This document shows, piece by piece, positions 31,271 to 41,248 of a DNA stretch of 64,000 nucleotides. Each line of letters opens with the position of its first letter. Positions within the stretch are counted from its first letter, which is position 1. This DNA is from a virus. Both the position numbers and the translations under genes were made by a program. Where the stretch lies: positions 9,969-73,968 of the IMG/VR virus record IMGVR_UViG_3300030117_004232, one strand, 5' to 3'. A model generated the notes under the pieces. That model saw nothing but the letters and a program-made list of their open reading frames with translations. It ran no database searches and was not told the origin of the DNA.

Positions 31271-31725
31271 GTAGTATGACACCGATGGATAAGGCTTGGT
31301 TGATTTTAAAGCGCCAGACTACACTTGGCGAGTTTCATCCTGACTTTCCTAGTCCTTATGGTGACCATATTATGTATTATCACGGTACCACTGCGCCTCG
31401 TGCTCAACAAATGCTTTCCGATAAACTCCATGCTAATCGTGGAGTTCACGGCACTGGTGCGTATGTAACCAGTGACTACGATAAAGCGAAGAAATATGCT
31501 GATAGGCGTGCATACTCGGACAAAAAACCTCATCTGTGGAATGAGGGAATGCAAGAGTTAGATGAGTCGGCACCAATGGTATTAGGAATACGAGAAAGGG
31601 CGTTCGATGATTTAGGCAAGCCGACCACTGTTATGGGAACAGATGATTGGATGGAGGAGGGTTATTTTCCACAGGGGATTCCTCCTCAGTATTTAACACG
31701 CCTCCCTGAAAATTACAATTGGTGA
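31267..31725 (+). CDS. H-Y-E-type ADP-ribosyltransferase-like protein
   Basis: YYHGT, GTGAYVT, AKKYA and a distal WMEEGYF match the H-Y-E ART fold pattern. Confidence 0.65.
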   Translation: MSSMTPMDKAWLILKRQTTLGEFHPDFPSPYGDHIMYYHGTTAPRAQQMLSDKLHANRGVHGTGAYVTSDYDKAKKYADRRAYSDKKPHLWNEGMQELDESAPMVLGIRERAFDDLGKPTTVMGTDDWMEEGYFPQGIPPQYLTRLPENYNW

Positions 31726-31734
31726 GGTTTTGAA

Positions 31735-33378
31735 ATGGCACTAGGTAAGAACCTCTCAACTGGTCGCTTCAATGCGGCTCAAACTCCAGTTATGAAGCGC
31801 GTGCGCAAGCCTCGATTCGTGGATAATGCTGTGCGGCATGGAGAGTATACCAAAGTGCAGGCTGGGTTCAATGTGGCTGCCCCTACATCAAGTGACTTCC
31901 TTCCTACACATGACCGCAAGTATCTTTTGGCAGAAGAAGACGATACCATCCGTATCCTTCACAATCCTTCTGACGGGCATCAATACACAGGTGCAGTTTA
32001 CACGGACTCGGATAAAGTGACGACATCCAGTACATTGCCGCCTCTATTCGTGGGCGGTGAAGATTCCAAACAATCATTGGTTCCTTCCTCTATTGAAACG
32101 AGTACTAAAGGGACTCGTTACAGAATTGAAAACCTCAAAGGAAGGGACTTGTCTCAAATTGGATTTACTGACAAAACAGTTCACATTGCACAGAAAGTGG
32201 GTGTTGGCCTCCGTACATCAGACCTTGCAATTCGGGTTGCCAAAGGAACAAACAGCGGACTCAATGGGGTGATTGTACCGAATCCTAGCGCTACCTTTGT
32301 CGCCCAAGATTTCTATGGAACTGATGCCGTTACTGCACTACGATACTTGACTCGGCATGACAACTACAATGTGCGAGCAGATTCTTTCGGGAACATCTAC
32401 TATGTCCATCAGAAAAAGCACGGTCGAGAGCACATCATATCGCAAAATATGGTGTCCGATGGTTCTGTCAAAGAAGATAGTGAAAGCGTACCAAATCGAG
32501 TTATCGTGCACGGCAGGTCAAGGGCAAATAACGATGAAAATTCTATCCAAATAGATGACAGAGGAGCGCAAGCCAGTGGTATCAATGAGATACCGGGTGG
32601 CATTCATGCGCCTACCGCAATCACAAAGTCAAGTGCAAGGGCAATAGGGAGGAAATTCCTCTCCATGGCCAAGCAAGCAACTGGGGGAGAAACTCTCCGT
32701 GGTGTCTTTCATGCCTCTACGATTCAACCGGGAGATGTATTGTCTTACAAGGAAATTACAGGTAGCCAAAGGAAAATTGTGTTGTCAACCACACACAATA
32801 TCACAGAGCGAAAATCTGATGTAAGAATCAACAGCGTAGAATCTTCCTTAGAGGACATTATCCAGCGGTTTCAAGAGGGAGATATTGCATCCACGCTCAA
32901 TCAAAATTCAGAGCGAAATAGACAGTTTTCCACGGAGGAGTTTTCGACTGGATTTGGGTTTGATGTCAGAGTCACTTGGCAACTTGATGTAAGAGAAGTC
33001 AAGAATCGACAACAAGGTATGGTCGTTGGTAAAGAGAGGGCCGTAATTCACGGTCGGAAGGAATTGAAATCTACAGGTACACTCATCAACAATGGTAGTG
33101 GTTATGCGATAGGTACAACTTCATACACAGTTGATGGGACAGCAGCCACCAGTTCTTTTGCTGTTGGTGATTGGGTATACAGAGGTAACGGTAACAAACT
33201 GGGGAAGGTCGCTAGTCGGACCACAACCAACGTCACTATCGCTATCGGTGCGCCAGATTTAGTCGGTGACAATGAGGAGTTGTTCCTGTTCCCGAATAAC
33301 AGTATGAAAGAATCCTTAAACAGCCATTTGAAGATTGGAATGAGCAAGGGTAATTACGACAGTAGGAGGCGAGGATGA
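31735..33378 (+). CDS. Baseplate hub/tail tip protein (gp27/Tal-like)
   Basis: ALRYL..YNVRADSFGNIYY, VPNRVIVHG, ARAIGRKFL and IQPGDVL follow the hub pattern. Confidence 0.6.
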   Translation: MALGKNLSTGRFNAAQTPVMKRVRKPRFVDNAVRHGEYTKVQAGFNVAAPTSSDFLPTHDRKYLLAEEDDTIRILHNPSDGHQYTGAVYTDSDKVTTSSTLPPLFVGGEDSKQSLVPSSIETSTKGTRYRIENLKGRDLSQIGFTDKTVHIAQKVGVGLRTSDLAIRVAKGTNSGLNGVIVPNPSATFVAQDFYGTDAVTALRYLTRHDNYNVRADSFGNIYYVHQKKHGREHIISQNMVSDGSVKEDSESVPNRVIVHGRSRANNDENSIQIDDRGAQASGINEIPGGIHAPTAITKSSARAIGRKFLSMAKQATGGETLRGVFHASTIQPGDVLSYKEITGSQRKIVLSTTHNITERKSDVRINSVESSLEDIIQRFQEGDIASTLNQNSERNRQFSTEEFSTGFGFDVRVTWQLDVREVKNRQQGMVVGKERAVIHGRKELKSTGTLINNGSGYAIGTTSYTVDGTAATSSFAVGDWVYRGNGNKLGKVASRTTTNVTIAIGAPDLVGDNEELFLFPNNSMKESLNSHLKIGMSKGNYDSRRRG

Positions 33379-33734
33379 TGCCATTATTGAATGAAGCAAG
33401 TAGATACATGATTGACACACTAAAGGGGCGAATCAACCAAGTTGTATTCGGATTCGGGGGCAACCTCGCCAGCCAAGATGATGTAGGGGCATCTCAGCCA
33501 GCGGTTACCGTAACTCCAACCGTGCGTGTGATTGACGACCACACACTTTCGGTCGAGGCGAAACTAGCATTGGATTCCTCATTTACACGCCCACTCCGAG
33601 AGGTGGTGGTGCAGTACAAGAATCCCGATAATGCTTCAGATACCACTGCTTTACTCCGCTACACTTATGACGCTGTGACCAAGACGAATGACAACGAGAT
33701 TCGATTCTCCGCCATCATTGAGGTGAACCCATGA
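33375..33734 (+). CDS. Putative tail/baseplate protein
   Basis: Translationally coupled in the tail operon; beta-rich. Confidence 0.5.
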   Translation: MMPLLNEASRYMIDTLKGRINQVVFGFGGNLASQDDVGASQPAVTVTPTVRVIDDHTLSVEAKLALDSSFTRPLREVVVQYKNPDNASDTTALLRYTYDAVTKTNDNEIRFSAIIEVNP

Positions 33735-34912
33735 GCAATCCAAAGGCCGGTCACACAAGTGCGACGGGTATGGGTACGAGTTCAGAAGGGCTGCGTGATG
33801 GGGATGGATTGTCTTCACCTAGTTTGACTGGTCCGATTGAGGCTGCACATGGTAATGGTATTCTCAGATTGGAGGATACGGCAGTTGGCGCGTCTGCTCG
33901 CAACAGTATTGCTACGTCTACGCCGGGGTACATCGTTACGGCTGCCAGTGGTGTCGTAACCATACACGGTGGTTGGTGTGTCATTGATGGCGTACTCTAC
34001 AAGTTCGCAGGTGGCCCCGGCTCAACTCAACAAATCACTATCGGTGCTACTGGGACTGCGAATTTCAATGGTGAATTGCCCGCAGTTCCTTCGGCTAACA
34101 GTGAAGTTTACGTCGTAGTGTATATTTCGTCGGATTCGACCACTACGGCCCGTATTCGTTACGAAATGGGCTCACCTGCGGCTCCCAGCACAGGAACGCC
34201 TCTGATTCCATCCACTTTCCTTTCTGACCCATTGCTGGGACTTACCCGCAAGAATCACCAACATATCGTACTAGGTGTACTCAAATACACCATGTCAGCA
34301 GGAGCAGGAAGCGTTACTGCATCGCTTGGTGCTACACCTGTATTGCACGACAGGCGAGTTTACGTGAGAACCAGCCCGATGTACTTACAGCACATGTCCA
34401 AGGGTGGTACAACAGTTGGCACGAATCTGGTCACTGTTGCGAACGCAGTCGATTCACACACGGATTTGGCTGCACTGTATGCTTCTCCTGAGAGTGGTGA
34501 TTTCACCAACAGTTTCTTCGGTGCGCTATGGCAGAGTCATACGCCTGACGCTCACGGCATGCTGTACTATGCAGCCCCTCACACCATGGGTGGCTCAATC
34601 GCAACCTACACTCATCGATTGGGACCAAGTGAAGTCAAGGTAGCGACCATCTCAACTACCCAGACTTGCACCTTTGATGGACCCAATATGTGGATTGCAA
34701 CGACTAGCGGTACAACCACATTTACTCCAAGTGGTACATTCCCACCGGGTCATGTCATTGAGATATACCATACGGCAGGTGCTCACGCACTGAACTTCAT
34801 TAACGCCCCTGCTGGGTCAAGTACACTGCTAAATGTAGCAGCAGACCAATATGCCAAGTTTGTATTCGATGGCACCAATTGGCATGTACTGGACCATCAC
34901 GCGGTGATTTGA
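33731..34912 (+). CDS. Putative tail fibre/baseplate protein
   Basis: VTIHGGWCVIDGVLY N-terminal fibre-attachment-like segment; ends in FVFDGTNW. Confidence 0.55.
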   Translation: MSNPKAGHTSATGMGTSSEGLRDGDGLSSPSLTGPIEAAHGNGILRLEDTAVGASARNSIATSTPGYIVTAASGVVTIHGGWCVIDGVLYKFAGGPGSTQQITIGATGTANFNGELPAVPSANSEVYVVVYISSDSTTTARIRYEMGSPAAPSTGTPLIPSTFLSDPLLGLTRKNHQHIVLGVLKYTMSAGAGSVTASLGATPVLHDRRVYVRTSPMYLQHMSKGGTTVGTNLVTVANAVDSHTDLAALYASPESGDFTNSFFGALWQSHTPDAHGMLYYAAPHTMGGSIATYTHRLGPSEVKVATISTTQTCTFDGPNMWIATTSGTTTFTPSGTFPPGHVIEIYHTAGAHALNFINAPAGSSTLLNVAADQYAKFVFDGTNWHVLDHHAVI

Positions 34913-35160
34913 TGGGACGACTCGTCAAGCAGTTCAAGTGTACTTGCGAGAACTGTCAGAAGGCATCTATTCCCCTGTCAATTTCGGGGCGGTATGTATC
35001 TGGCGAGCCAGTGGTTTTGCACCAATGCCCTCATTGTAGTTACGTGAGGCCGCATGGGGGACTGGGCCCTGTCGGCCTACGCAAGCGTAAGAAATCGCCT
35101 GTCAGTAGGCGGGCAAATGGTCGACTTTCCTTGTTTCTCAGGGAAATGGCTAAGAAATGA
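34912..35160 (+). CDS. Small basic Zn-finger protein, last late gene
   Basis: CENC...CPHC with K/R-rich tail; ATG 34912 overlaps the previous stop. Confidence 0.55.
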   Translation: MGRLVKQFKCTCENCQKASIPLSISGRYVSGEPVVLHQCPHCSYVRPHGGLGPVGLRKRKKSPVSRRANGRLSLFLREMAKK

Positions 35161-36651
35161 TTACTCTGCTCTCATACCGATGATGTCATCGATGCGCAGA
35201 ATGCTCATGGTGACCTCGCTCGCTGATTGAACTGCTTGGCGTACAAGTGCCAGTGGTTCCCAGACATTCGCCTCTGCCATATCGCAGGTTCCACCGTTCT
35301 CAATATCAGGACCAGTGAGTTTACCCGCAGAGTGGTCGTTACGTAGTGAAAGGACAGTGTCTAGTGGGTCATGCCCTGCGTTCTCTGCAATGGCCGCAGG
35401 AATGGACTCTAGGGCGTCTGCGAAGGCGTCAATGGCCATCTGCTCACGACCACCTGCCTCTGCTGCTCTAGCGCGTAGGTGTAGGGCTGCATTGAGGTAT
35501 GCTGCGCCCCCGCCGGGCACGACATTGCCACTGTTGTAAGCAAGGCAAACGACACCAAGCGCATCTTCAAACCCACGCTCAGTTTCATCAAGCGTCTGCT
35601 TGGTTGCGCCTCGTAGGATGAGTGTAGTAACTTCACCTTCGCCCTTGACGACAACGTACTTCATGTCACCAATGGTCTTGCACTCTGCATCACAAGGGAC
35701 AGCCTCATGCAAATCTTCAGGCGTGTGCGCACTAGTGGTGTTCAGGAGTTTACCTAGTGCAATCATATCACTTTCTGGAATCCGGTGAACGACGCTGATA
35801 TTCTTCCGGGCTAGTGCAGCAGACATGACTTCATTTGCTGAATCTCGGACAAATACAACACCGCCATCTGGCAACTTAGAGGCAATTAGTTCTGCTTTTT
35901 CCAGCCAGTTGTCTCTGTTTGTCTGCCGCTTGTACTGCTGCATTTCACTCGCTGAACCAAGTTGAAGTTGGATATTATCATCGCCCTTGTCCGCAGACAT
36001 TCCAGTATTGATGAGTAGGGCTTGACCGTGCGGGTTGGTTGGCATTGCAGGGAGGATGAACTCCTTGTGCAATACGACACCCGAGAAGCACGTTGAGTCA
36101 TCAAGTGCCCCTCCGGGCTGACAAAGCACACGGATGCGCTCAAACTCACCATCTGCGTTCTCTACTGCATCCACACATAACTGACTCACATGGTCCATGG
36201 AGGATTCTAGCGATTTGCCTGTAATTGAAGTCTGAGCGACATGCTTCAGGTGCTTCTTTGCTGATACTTTCATACTGTCAATATGTTCTGTAGCCCACCG
36301 AGATGCTCGGCGGTACCCACGACATACGACGTTCGCATGCAGACCTTTGTTGAACAGAAGTTCGCTATTTCCTAGCAATTCCCCTGCCAATACGACGGTG
36401 CTGGTCGTGCCATCGTAGCACATGTTTTCTTGCGTGTTCGCTGCCTCTACTACCATCTTGGCAGCAGGGTGCGCGACATCGATTTCCTGCATGATGGTGG
36501 CACCATCGTTGGTGACAATCACATTGCCTCCGGCGTCTACCATCATCTTGTCCATGCCCATCGGACCTAATGTGGTCTTGACGGTATTGACAATTTTCTT
36601 TGCTGCTCTAATGTTGTGCACTTGTGCACTAATTGCTTCATTATCTGACAT
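35161..36651 (-). CDS. ths: Group II chaperonin (thermosome subunit)
   Basis: [26 protein letters not shown] and ILRIDD motifs; helical-protrusion region present. Confidence 0.95.
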   Translation of the reverse strand: MSDNEAISAQVHNIRAAKKIVNTVKTTLGPMGMDKMMVDAGGNVIVTNDGATIMQEIDVAHPAAKMVVEAANTQENMCYDGTTSTVVLAGELLGNSELLFNKGLHANVVCRGYRRASRWATEHIDSMKVSAKKHLKHVAQTSITGKSLESSMDHVSQLCVDAVENADGEFERIRVLCQPGGALDDSTCFSGVVLHKEFILPAMPTNPHGQALLINTGMSADKGDDNIQLQLGSASEMQQYKRQTNRDNWLEKAELIASKLPDGGVVFVRDSANEVMSAALARKNISVVHRIPESDMIALGKLLNTTSAHTPEDLHEAVPCDAECKTIGDMKYVVVKGEGEVTTLILRGATKQTLDETERGFEDALGVVCLAYNSGNVVPGGGAAYLNAALHLRARAAEAGGREQMAIDAFADALESIPAAIAENAGHDPLDTVLSLRNDHSAGKLTGPDIENGGTCDMAEANVWEPLALVRQAVQSASEVTMSILRIDDIIGMRAE

Positions 36652-36687
36652 TTAACTCCCTCTCTGTTGGCCGTAGGCCAGCCGACA

Positions 36688-37296
36688 TTACCAATCGACT
36701 TCGTACTCTTTTATGACACCATCGGTCCTCGACCGCGCCCTGACGAATCCTTCTTCCACACCATGTTTCCACAGTTCGTACACCAATTCAGCATCTTTGA
36801 GACAATACTCAGCCACTTTGCTGTAGTTGCCCTTTCGCCATTCGACTGGTGCATCGTGGCTATTCATCAGTTTACCTTTGCTGAGTGTGTGGTAGCATGC
36901 GTCTGACAAGGGTACTGCGTGACCGACAATGGACTTGAGTAGGAATGAAGTATCGAATATCTGTTCCTCTGATTTGGATAGCACATCACTGGCTGTCCAG
37001 CAATCTAGTCCATCACGAAGCACAGGTAAATCGAATCCCTTGAGATTGTGACCAAGTATCATCCCACCTTTGGCCACATGCTTGGCCATGTCCTCACCCA
37101 ATGCTCTAGGGTGCAAAGGCTTGATGATAGTTCCCTCGGGCAAGAACTTCTCTACATTTTCATTGGAGTAAACTGTCCCTTGGTTGCCATCCCATGTGGC
37201 GACCACTGATGGCTCAAACAGATGGGTGTTACCCCACCCCCCAATCTCGTGGGAGAAGTTGGTGGTCTCAATATCAAGTGCGAGCATATCAGTCAT
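36688..37296 (-). CDS. DEDD/DnaQ-like 3'-5' exonuclease (RNase H-like fold)
   Basis: LDIET, GHNLKGFDL and YCLKD motifs. Confidence 0.85.
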   Translation of the reverse strand: MTDMLALDIETTNFSHEIGGWGNTHLFEPSVVATWDGNQGTVYSNENVEKFLPEGTIIKPLHPRALGEDMAKHVAKGGMILGHNLKGFDLPVLRDGLDCWTASDVLSKSEEQIFDTSFLLKSIVGHAVPLSDACYHTLSKGKLMNSHDAPVEWRKGNYSKVAEYCLKDAELVYELWKHGVEEGFVRARSRTDGVIKEYEVDW

Positions 37297-37424
37297 TTTT
37301 TCTTGGCCTCCTTAAGTTCCTTTACAAGTAGTGGTCTGTAGCAACTGATGCATCGCATGTAGTGGCTCGACGCCGTCTTCTGCTTACAGCCGGGGCATGT
37401 GTAGTATCTGTTACTTGCCATCAT
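37293..37424 (-). CDS. Small Zn-finger protein
   Basis: MMASNRYYTCPGC...CISC; likely starts just after the stop of the ATPase gene. Confidence 0.45.
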   Translation of the reverse strand: MMASNRYYTCPGCKQKTASSHYMRCISCYRPLLVKELKEAKKK

Positions 37425-37425
37425 A

Positions 37426-38850
37426 TCACTTCTTTTGGTGTTCCTTTCTGAGTCTGAGGTACACACGGATACCTTCTCTTGTGTCTTTGAACATCTTAGC
37501 ACCATACTCATTGAATTTGTTGTTGATTGTACTTGGACTACTGAAATTAGAGATTTGAGAGAAAGCCTTCAGTAACTCTGACTTCTTTACCCACCCTTGT
37601 CCTCTTCTATCATCAAAGTCGAACCGTTCACAGCGATTAAAGGCATCCTTCCAGAACGCTTCCATCTGACCTTTCTCCTTGTTACCTGCACCCACCTTGA
37701 CTTCCGATTCAAGCCAGTGGATAAGATTCTGATACAGGTCGTAGAGAATCTCCTTGGCCATATCAATGTGGTCGCCTCTGAGTTCCCACGTACCCTCAAT
37801 CATCGCCATGTGGTGGGCAAGTACAGCCGTATAGTTCTGAAGACCCATGATGAACGATGCACAGACACCCTGCTTATCGGCTGACATGTTCTCGACCAGT
37901 GTGTAGTATTCGTCGATGGCCTGAATCAATGCAGGTACATAACCGGAATCGGGTCTGAACAGACGCTTCTCTTCACAGCAGATGCGCATGACTACCGCTT
38001 CTTGGTCATCTTCTGACATCTCATTCCACTCTAAGTCTGAGAGTCCGCTCAATTCGATGATGCGTGCTTCAAGTCGCTGTTGCAAGTTCGTGAAGTAAGT
38101 GGTGACTTCATCGAATGAGATTTCAAAGTCAGGCTGATTGTATTGTGCCTCAGCCAACTCGTGGTTGATTGCACGTCGCATCTCCAATGTCCAGTCACGC
38201 CAGTATGTCAGTACGCGCTGGAAGATACCTTTCTCCAAAACGTGTTCCTTCACACCCTTGGGTGGATAGGTCGTAATCCAAAGGGAGACCTCTGACTTGA
38301 TGGTGAACGTATCTCTGGCCATGTGCTTGGTCAGATAGTTTCTACCTGTACCAGCAGAGTTTAGTGCAGATTGGAGGAATAGAGTTGTATTCTCATTGTG
38401 CTGTCCACCCTTGAGTAATACTGACCCTTCGTCGAAGTTCAGTCCCTTCCGCCCTGCGAGTAGACCGGGGCGTGTTATCATCTGTGGGTTCTGCCTGTCC
38501 TCATCGTCAGGGTCAGGTACGAGGGTGCCCACTAGAGCAGCATCGTTACCGGAGTTGTAATCGACACTCTCTAAGTTTGCACCGTCGCATACTTTCTCAA
38601 TCACTTGGAAGGCGGCTGACTTGCCTGTTCGTGTAGGCTGAATCCAGAACGTACTCACACGCGGGTCAAGGTTACTCCCACCCACTGGAATACGAACAAA
38701 AGGAATGGCCGCTTGTCCTTGAATGAAGAAGAATGACAGCAGGCCCGGAATTTCGTTGTTCCGACTGACCTCATTGAAGTGGTCTAGATACCCTTTCAGG
38801 ATGGGGTATTTCTGCACGCATTCGTACTTATCTGCGCGGTGCTCCATCAT
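37426..38850 (-). CDS. MCM-related AAA+ ATPase, putative replicative helicase
   Basis: Walker A QPTRTGKS, ALVGT, RPGLL, Walker B NFDEGS and a possible Arg finger (FQR). Confidence 0.65.
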   Translation of the reverse strand: MMEHRADKYECVQKYPILKGYLDHFNEVSRNNEIPGLLSFFFIQGQAAIPFVRIPVGGSNLDPRVSTFWIQPTRTGKSAAFQVIEKVCDGANLESVDYNSGNDAALVGTLVPDPDDEDRQNPQMITRPGLLAGRKGLNFDEGSVLLKGGQHNENTTLFLQSALNSAGTGRNYLTKHMARDTFTIKSEVSLWITTYPPKGVKEHVLEKGIFQRVLTYWRDWTLEMRRAINHELAEAQYNQPDFEISFDEVTTYFTNLQQRLEARIIELSGLSDLEWNEMSEDDQEAVVMRICCEEKRLFRPDSGYVPALIQAIDEYYTLVENMSADKQGVCASFIMGLQNYTAVLAHHMAMIEGTWELRGDHIDMAKEILYDLYQNLIHWLESEVKVGAGNKEKGQMEAFWKDAFNRCERFDFDDRRGQGWVKKSELLKAFSQISNFSSPSTINNKFNEYGAKMFKDTREGIRVYLRLRKEHQKK

Positions 38851-39005
38851 GCCGATTCCTCCTCCTCTTCTAGTCGCTTGAGTAGTGCGAAGATTCCATT
38901 CATGGCTTCTACGTATTCCTTATCGTTTTGTTGCATGGCATACAGTAGATACTGCTGGTGAATACCCTCTAGTGCCTTTCTTGCTTTCTTAATTTCTGAT
39001 TTCAT
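38847..39005 (-). CDS. Small helical hypothetical protein (~52 aa, not in the ORF track)
   Basis: MKSEIKKARKALEG...EEEESA fills the gap and is coupled at both ends. Confidence 0.6.
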   Translation of the reverse strand: MKSEIKKARKALEGIHQQYLLYAMQQNDKEYVEAMNGIFALLKRLEEEEESA

Positions 39006-39716
39006 CTAATTCCCTCTCTTGTACTTCTTTTCCATTCGCACTGGTTCTTCCGAAGTCAGCACGTCAAGTAGGCGTTTACGTAGGGTTGGCCCCATGCCTT
39101 TGACTTGCTTCAGTGATTCTTGGAATAGCATCTCTTCGATAGAGCCGCACTTCTCTAGGGTACGGTCTACGAGGTCGGGACCAAATCCCGGTATAGCGAG
39201 TAGCATATCTGCTCTCACATCATTTGTACTTACACGCGTAACGGCCTTGGCCCCATGACGGGATGCAGGCTTGTGCATTTTACTGTGTAATTTGGTGATG
39301 AACATGGCCGCTTCTGAGTGGTCCTTGGCTCTGTAAATGTGGCAGTCAAAGTCTGCCGTGATGCGTGCAAACGTACCGATGAGTTCGTTCATTACGCGTG
39401 AATAGGATAGGTTGCGACCCTGCTTCTTGTGGATGGCGACGTGCTTGGCAATGTCACCGTGTACGACAAGGAACACCCTGTCGCAGTTGGCATCTAGGTT
39501 GTCTAGTTGGCGCATGAGGTGGCCACTATGACTGGATTGGAACAAATCGGATAGGCTCTTGCACTCAACGTGTCCATAGCCACCGACCTTGTAATCGCCC
39601 ATACCCTGCATGTGTACACGCTTGGTAGGGAATCCTTGTTTCTCAGCCAAACGGATGACAGAATCGCAAAGGGGGCCGCGTTCATTTGTGTCGATAATGA
39701 GTGGTGGTGTCGGCAT
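39006..39716 (-). CDS. XPF/ERCC4 structure-specific nuclease with HhH domain
   Basis: IIDTNE, GDY, VECKSLSDL..S; C-terminal AIPGFG and VKGMGP HhH motifs. Confidence 0.9.
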   Translation of the reverse strand: MPTPPLIIDTNERGPLCDSVIRLAEKQGFPTKRVHMQGMGDYKVGGYGHVECKSLSDLFQSSHSGHLMRQLDNLDANCDRVFLVVHGDIAKHVAIHKKQGRNLSYSRVMNELIGTFARITADFDCHIYRAKDHSEAAMFITKLHSKMHKPASRHGAKAVTRVSTNDVRADMLLAIPGFGPDLVDRTLEKCGSIEEMLFQESLKQVKGMGPTLRKRLLDVLTSEEPVRMEKKYKRGN

Positions 39717-39856
39717 TATTCATCCCCCTGTTTCTTGTGATGGCGGCAGTATTGTGACCCTTCTGCCTTCCATTGTTGACATGGTTTTCCCTCTGCGGTA
39801 GTTCCTTTACACAGCCCTCTGCTACTGGGCCTTGGTTTGGATATAGTGTGCTTCAC
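39716..39856 (-). CDS. Small C-x9-C-x10-C-x2-H Zn-finger protein
   Basis: CKGTTAEGKPC...YCRHH; GTG start overlaps the primase stop. Confidence 0.55.
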   Translation of the reverse strand: MKHTISKPRPSSRGLCKGTTAEGKPCQQWKAEGSQYCRHHKKQGDE

Positions 39857-40992
39857 TGTGGTTCCCCCTTGAGTGCGCCCGTCTTGTCCCAGTACCGACA
39901 TTTGCCCAAGCACATTCCTTTCTTCCATAGCATGGAACAGGTCTGTGGGTAATCTGTGTTCATGAGTGTGGATACTTGGTAGCGCGTGATGCCCTCGTCA
40001 AAGTCCGCCCACTCAAGCCCTCTGATAAAGTTTACAATGGTCTCAGTGTGCTTGTCGATGTCCTCTTGCTTGGCTCGTTCTAACGGTACGAAATTACGCA
40101 TCCGCTTGGCCAAATACTTGACCAATTGAACCCGCGCATCGTGGCTGGGATTGCCACCCTTTTGGCAAGCCGCAGCATTCAGGCAGGGTAGGATAATGAC
40201 GCCTTCCATGGACACGGTAGGCAAATCGATAGGAGTAGAATTAGGATTGAAAATTTGTGCCCGCTCTTCGGGCTTTTTGACAGGTAATGTGATGCCTGTC
40301 GAACCATAGGAAACCATGCCACTGCGAGGCTGCGCTGCCTTGTTCCAAATATGCTCAAGACCACGTTCAAGGTCGGTAGATGTCAGGGGAATAGACCAGA
40401 ACCCACGCTTGGCATTATACGAGTTTGGAATGCGAATCATCCCACTGGTATCAAATGGTACTGCGGGGTCTGAGCAAAACAAATCTAAGTCACGGACCCA
40501 GTCGTTCACTATCTGCATACCTGCTTCCTTGATAGCGGATAGGTGGGCACCACTTCCGGGGATGTATGCCTTGTCTAGTTCCACCCATACGTGAAAGCCA
40601 CCGCCACTGTACCAGATGGCATGTGATGTATCGTTTGACAGTAGGAACTGGTGGAGTTTACGCGCTTGCTCTAGTGCGACCTCCACCTCTACATCCGGCC
40701 TGTTCTGAGCGCGGAAGTTCTTCGGGTCAAAGTCCAATACGAAATGGCGCACGATAGGAGTCATCAAATCGACTCTACGATTGTGTGGTTGCTGAGTAGC
40801 ACGGTATCCATACACGGTTGTGAATGCATTGGATACTCCATTCTTACCTTGCCAGTATCGCTCAAAGTCCTCAGTGTCTGCCACCAACTTACGGAACCCC
40901 TTACCCTTCTCAGTAGAGAGTTCCATAACTTCGCGTGGGAAATCAAACACCATCTTCATCATAATCACCTCAATTTCGGTATTTCTCGACAA
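39853..40992 (-). CDS. Archaeo-eukaryotic primase, PriS catalytic domain fused to a PriL-like Fe-S domain
   Basis: LDFD, YSGGGFH and D..GMIRIPNS, then PCL..H.AR..YPQTC..GMCLGKC. Confidence 0.85.
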   Translation of the reverse strand: MSRNTEIEVIMMKMVFDFPREVMELSTEKGKGFRKLVADTEDFERYWQGKNGVSNAFTTVYGYRATQQPHNRRVDLMTPIVRHFVLDFDPKNFRAQNRPDVEVEVALEQARKLHQFLLSNDTSHAIWYSGGGFHVWVELDKAYIPGSGAHLSAIKEAGMQIVNDWVRDLDLFCSDPAVPFDTSGMIRIPNSYNAKRGFWSIPLTSTDLERGLEHIWNKAAQPRSGMVSYGSTGITLPVKKPEERAQIFNPNSTPIDLPTVSMEGVIILPCLNAAACQKGGNPSHDARVQLVKYLAKRMRNFVPLERAKQEDIDKHTETIVNFIRGLEWADFDEGITRYQVSTLMNTDYPQTCSMLWKKGMCLGKCRYWDKTGALKGEPQ

Positions 40993-41248
40993 TTTCGTTC
41001 AGAACTCTCAGCAATTCCTCTGTGTCTTGGAAAAGGCGGCGGTTCAGTGTGATGTACATGGGGCCTTCTTCGCCTGATTCCATGTCAGGGGCATATTCGT
41101 ACAGGCTCTTCTGTATGGCTACTGAGTAGTCCTTGCTCTGCCCAAGGTGGTCAAAGGATACGATAGTAGGACGACCAACGATGTGCTTTAGCAGTGTGTC
41201 ACATATCATCGACACCGTGCGCGTTGTCAGTTCTTTTCTCGGCGTCAT
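40970..41248 (-). CDS. Hypothetical protein
   Basis: Coupled ORF (MTPRKEL...); contains QKSLYEY. Confidence 0.6.
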   Translation of the reverse strand: MTPRKELTTRTVSMICDTLLKHIVGRPTIVSFDHLGQSKDYSVAIQKSLYEYAPDMESGEEGPMYITLNRRLFQDTEELLRVLNEIVEKYRN

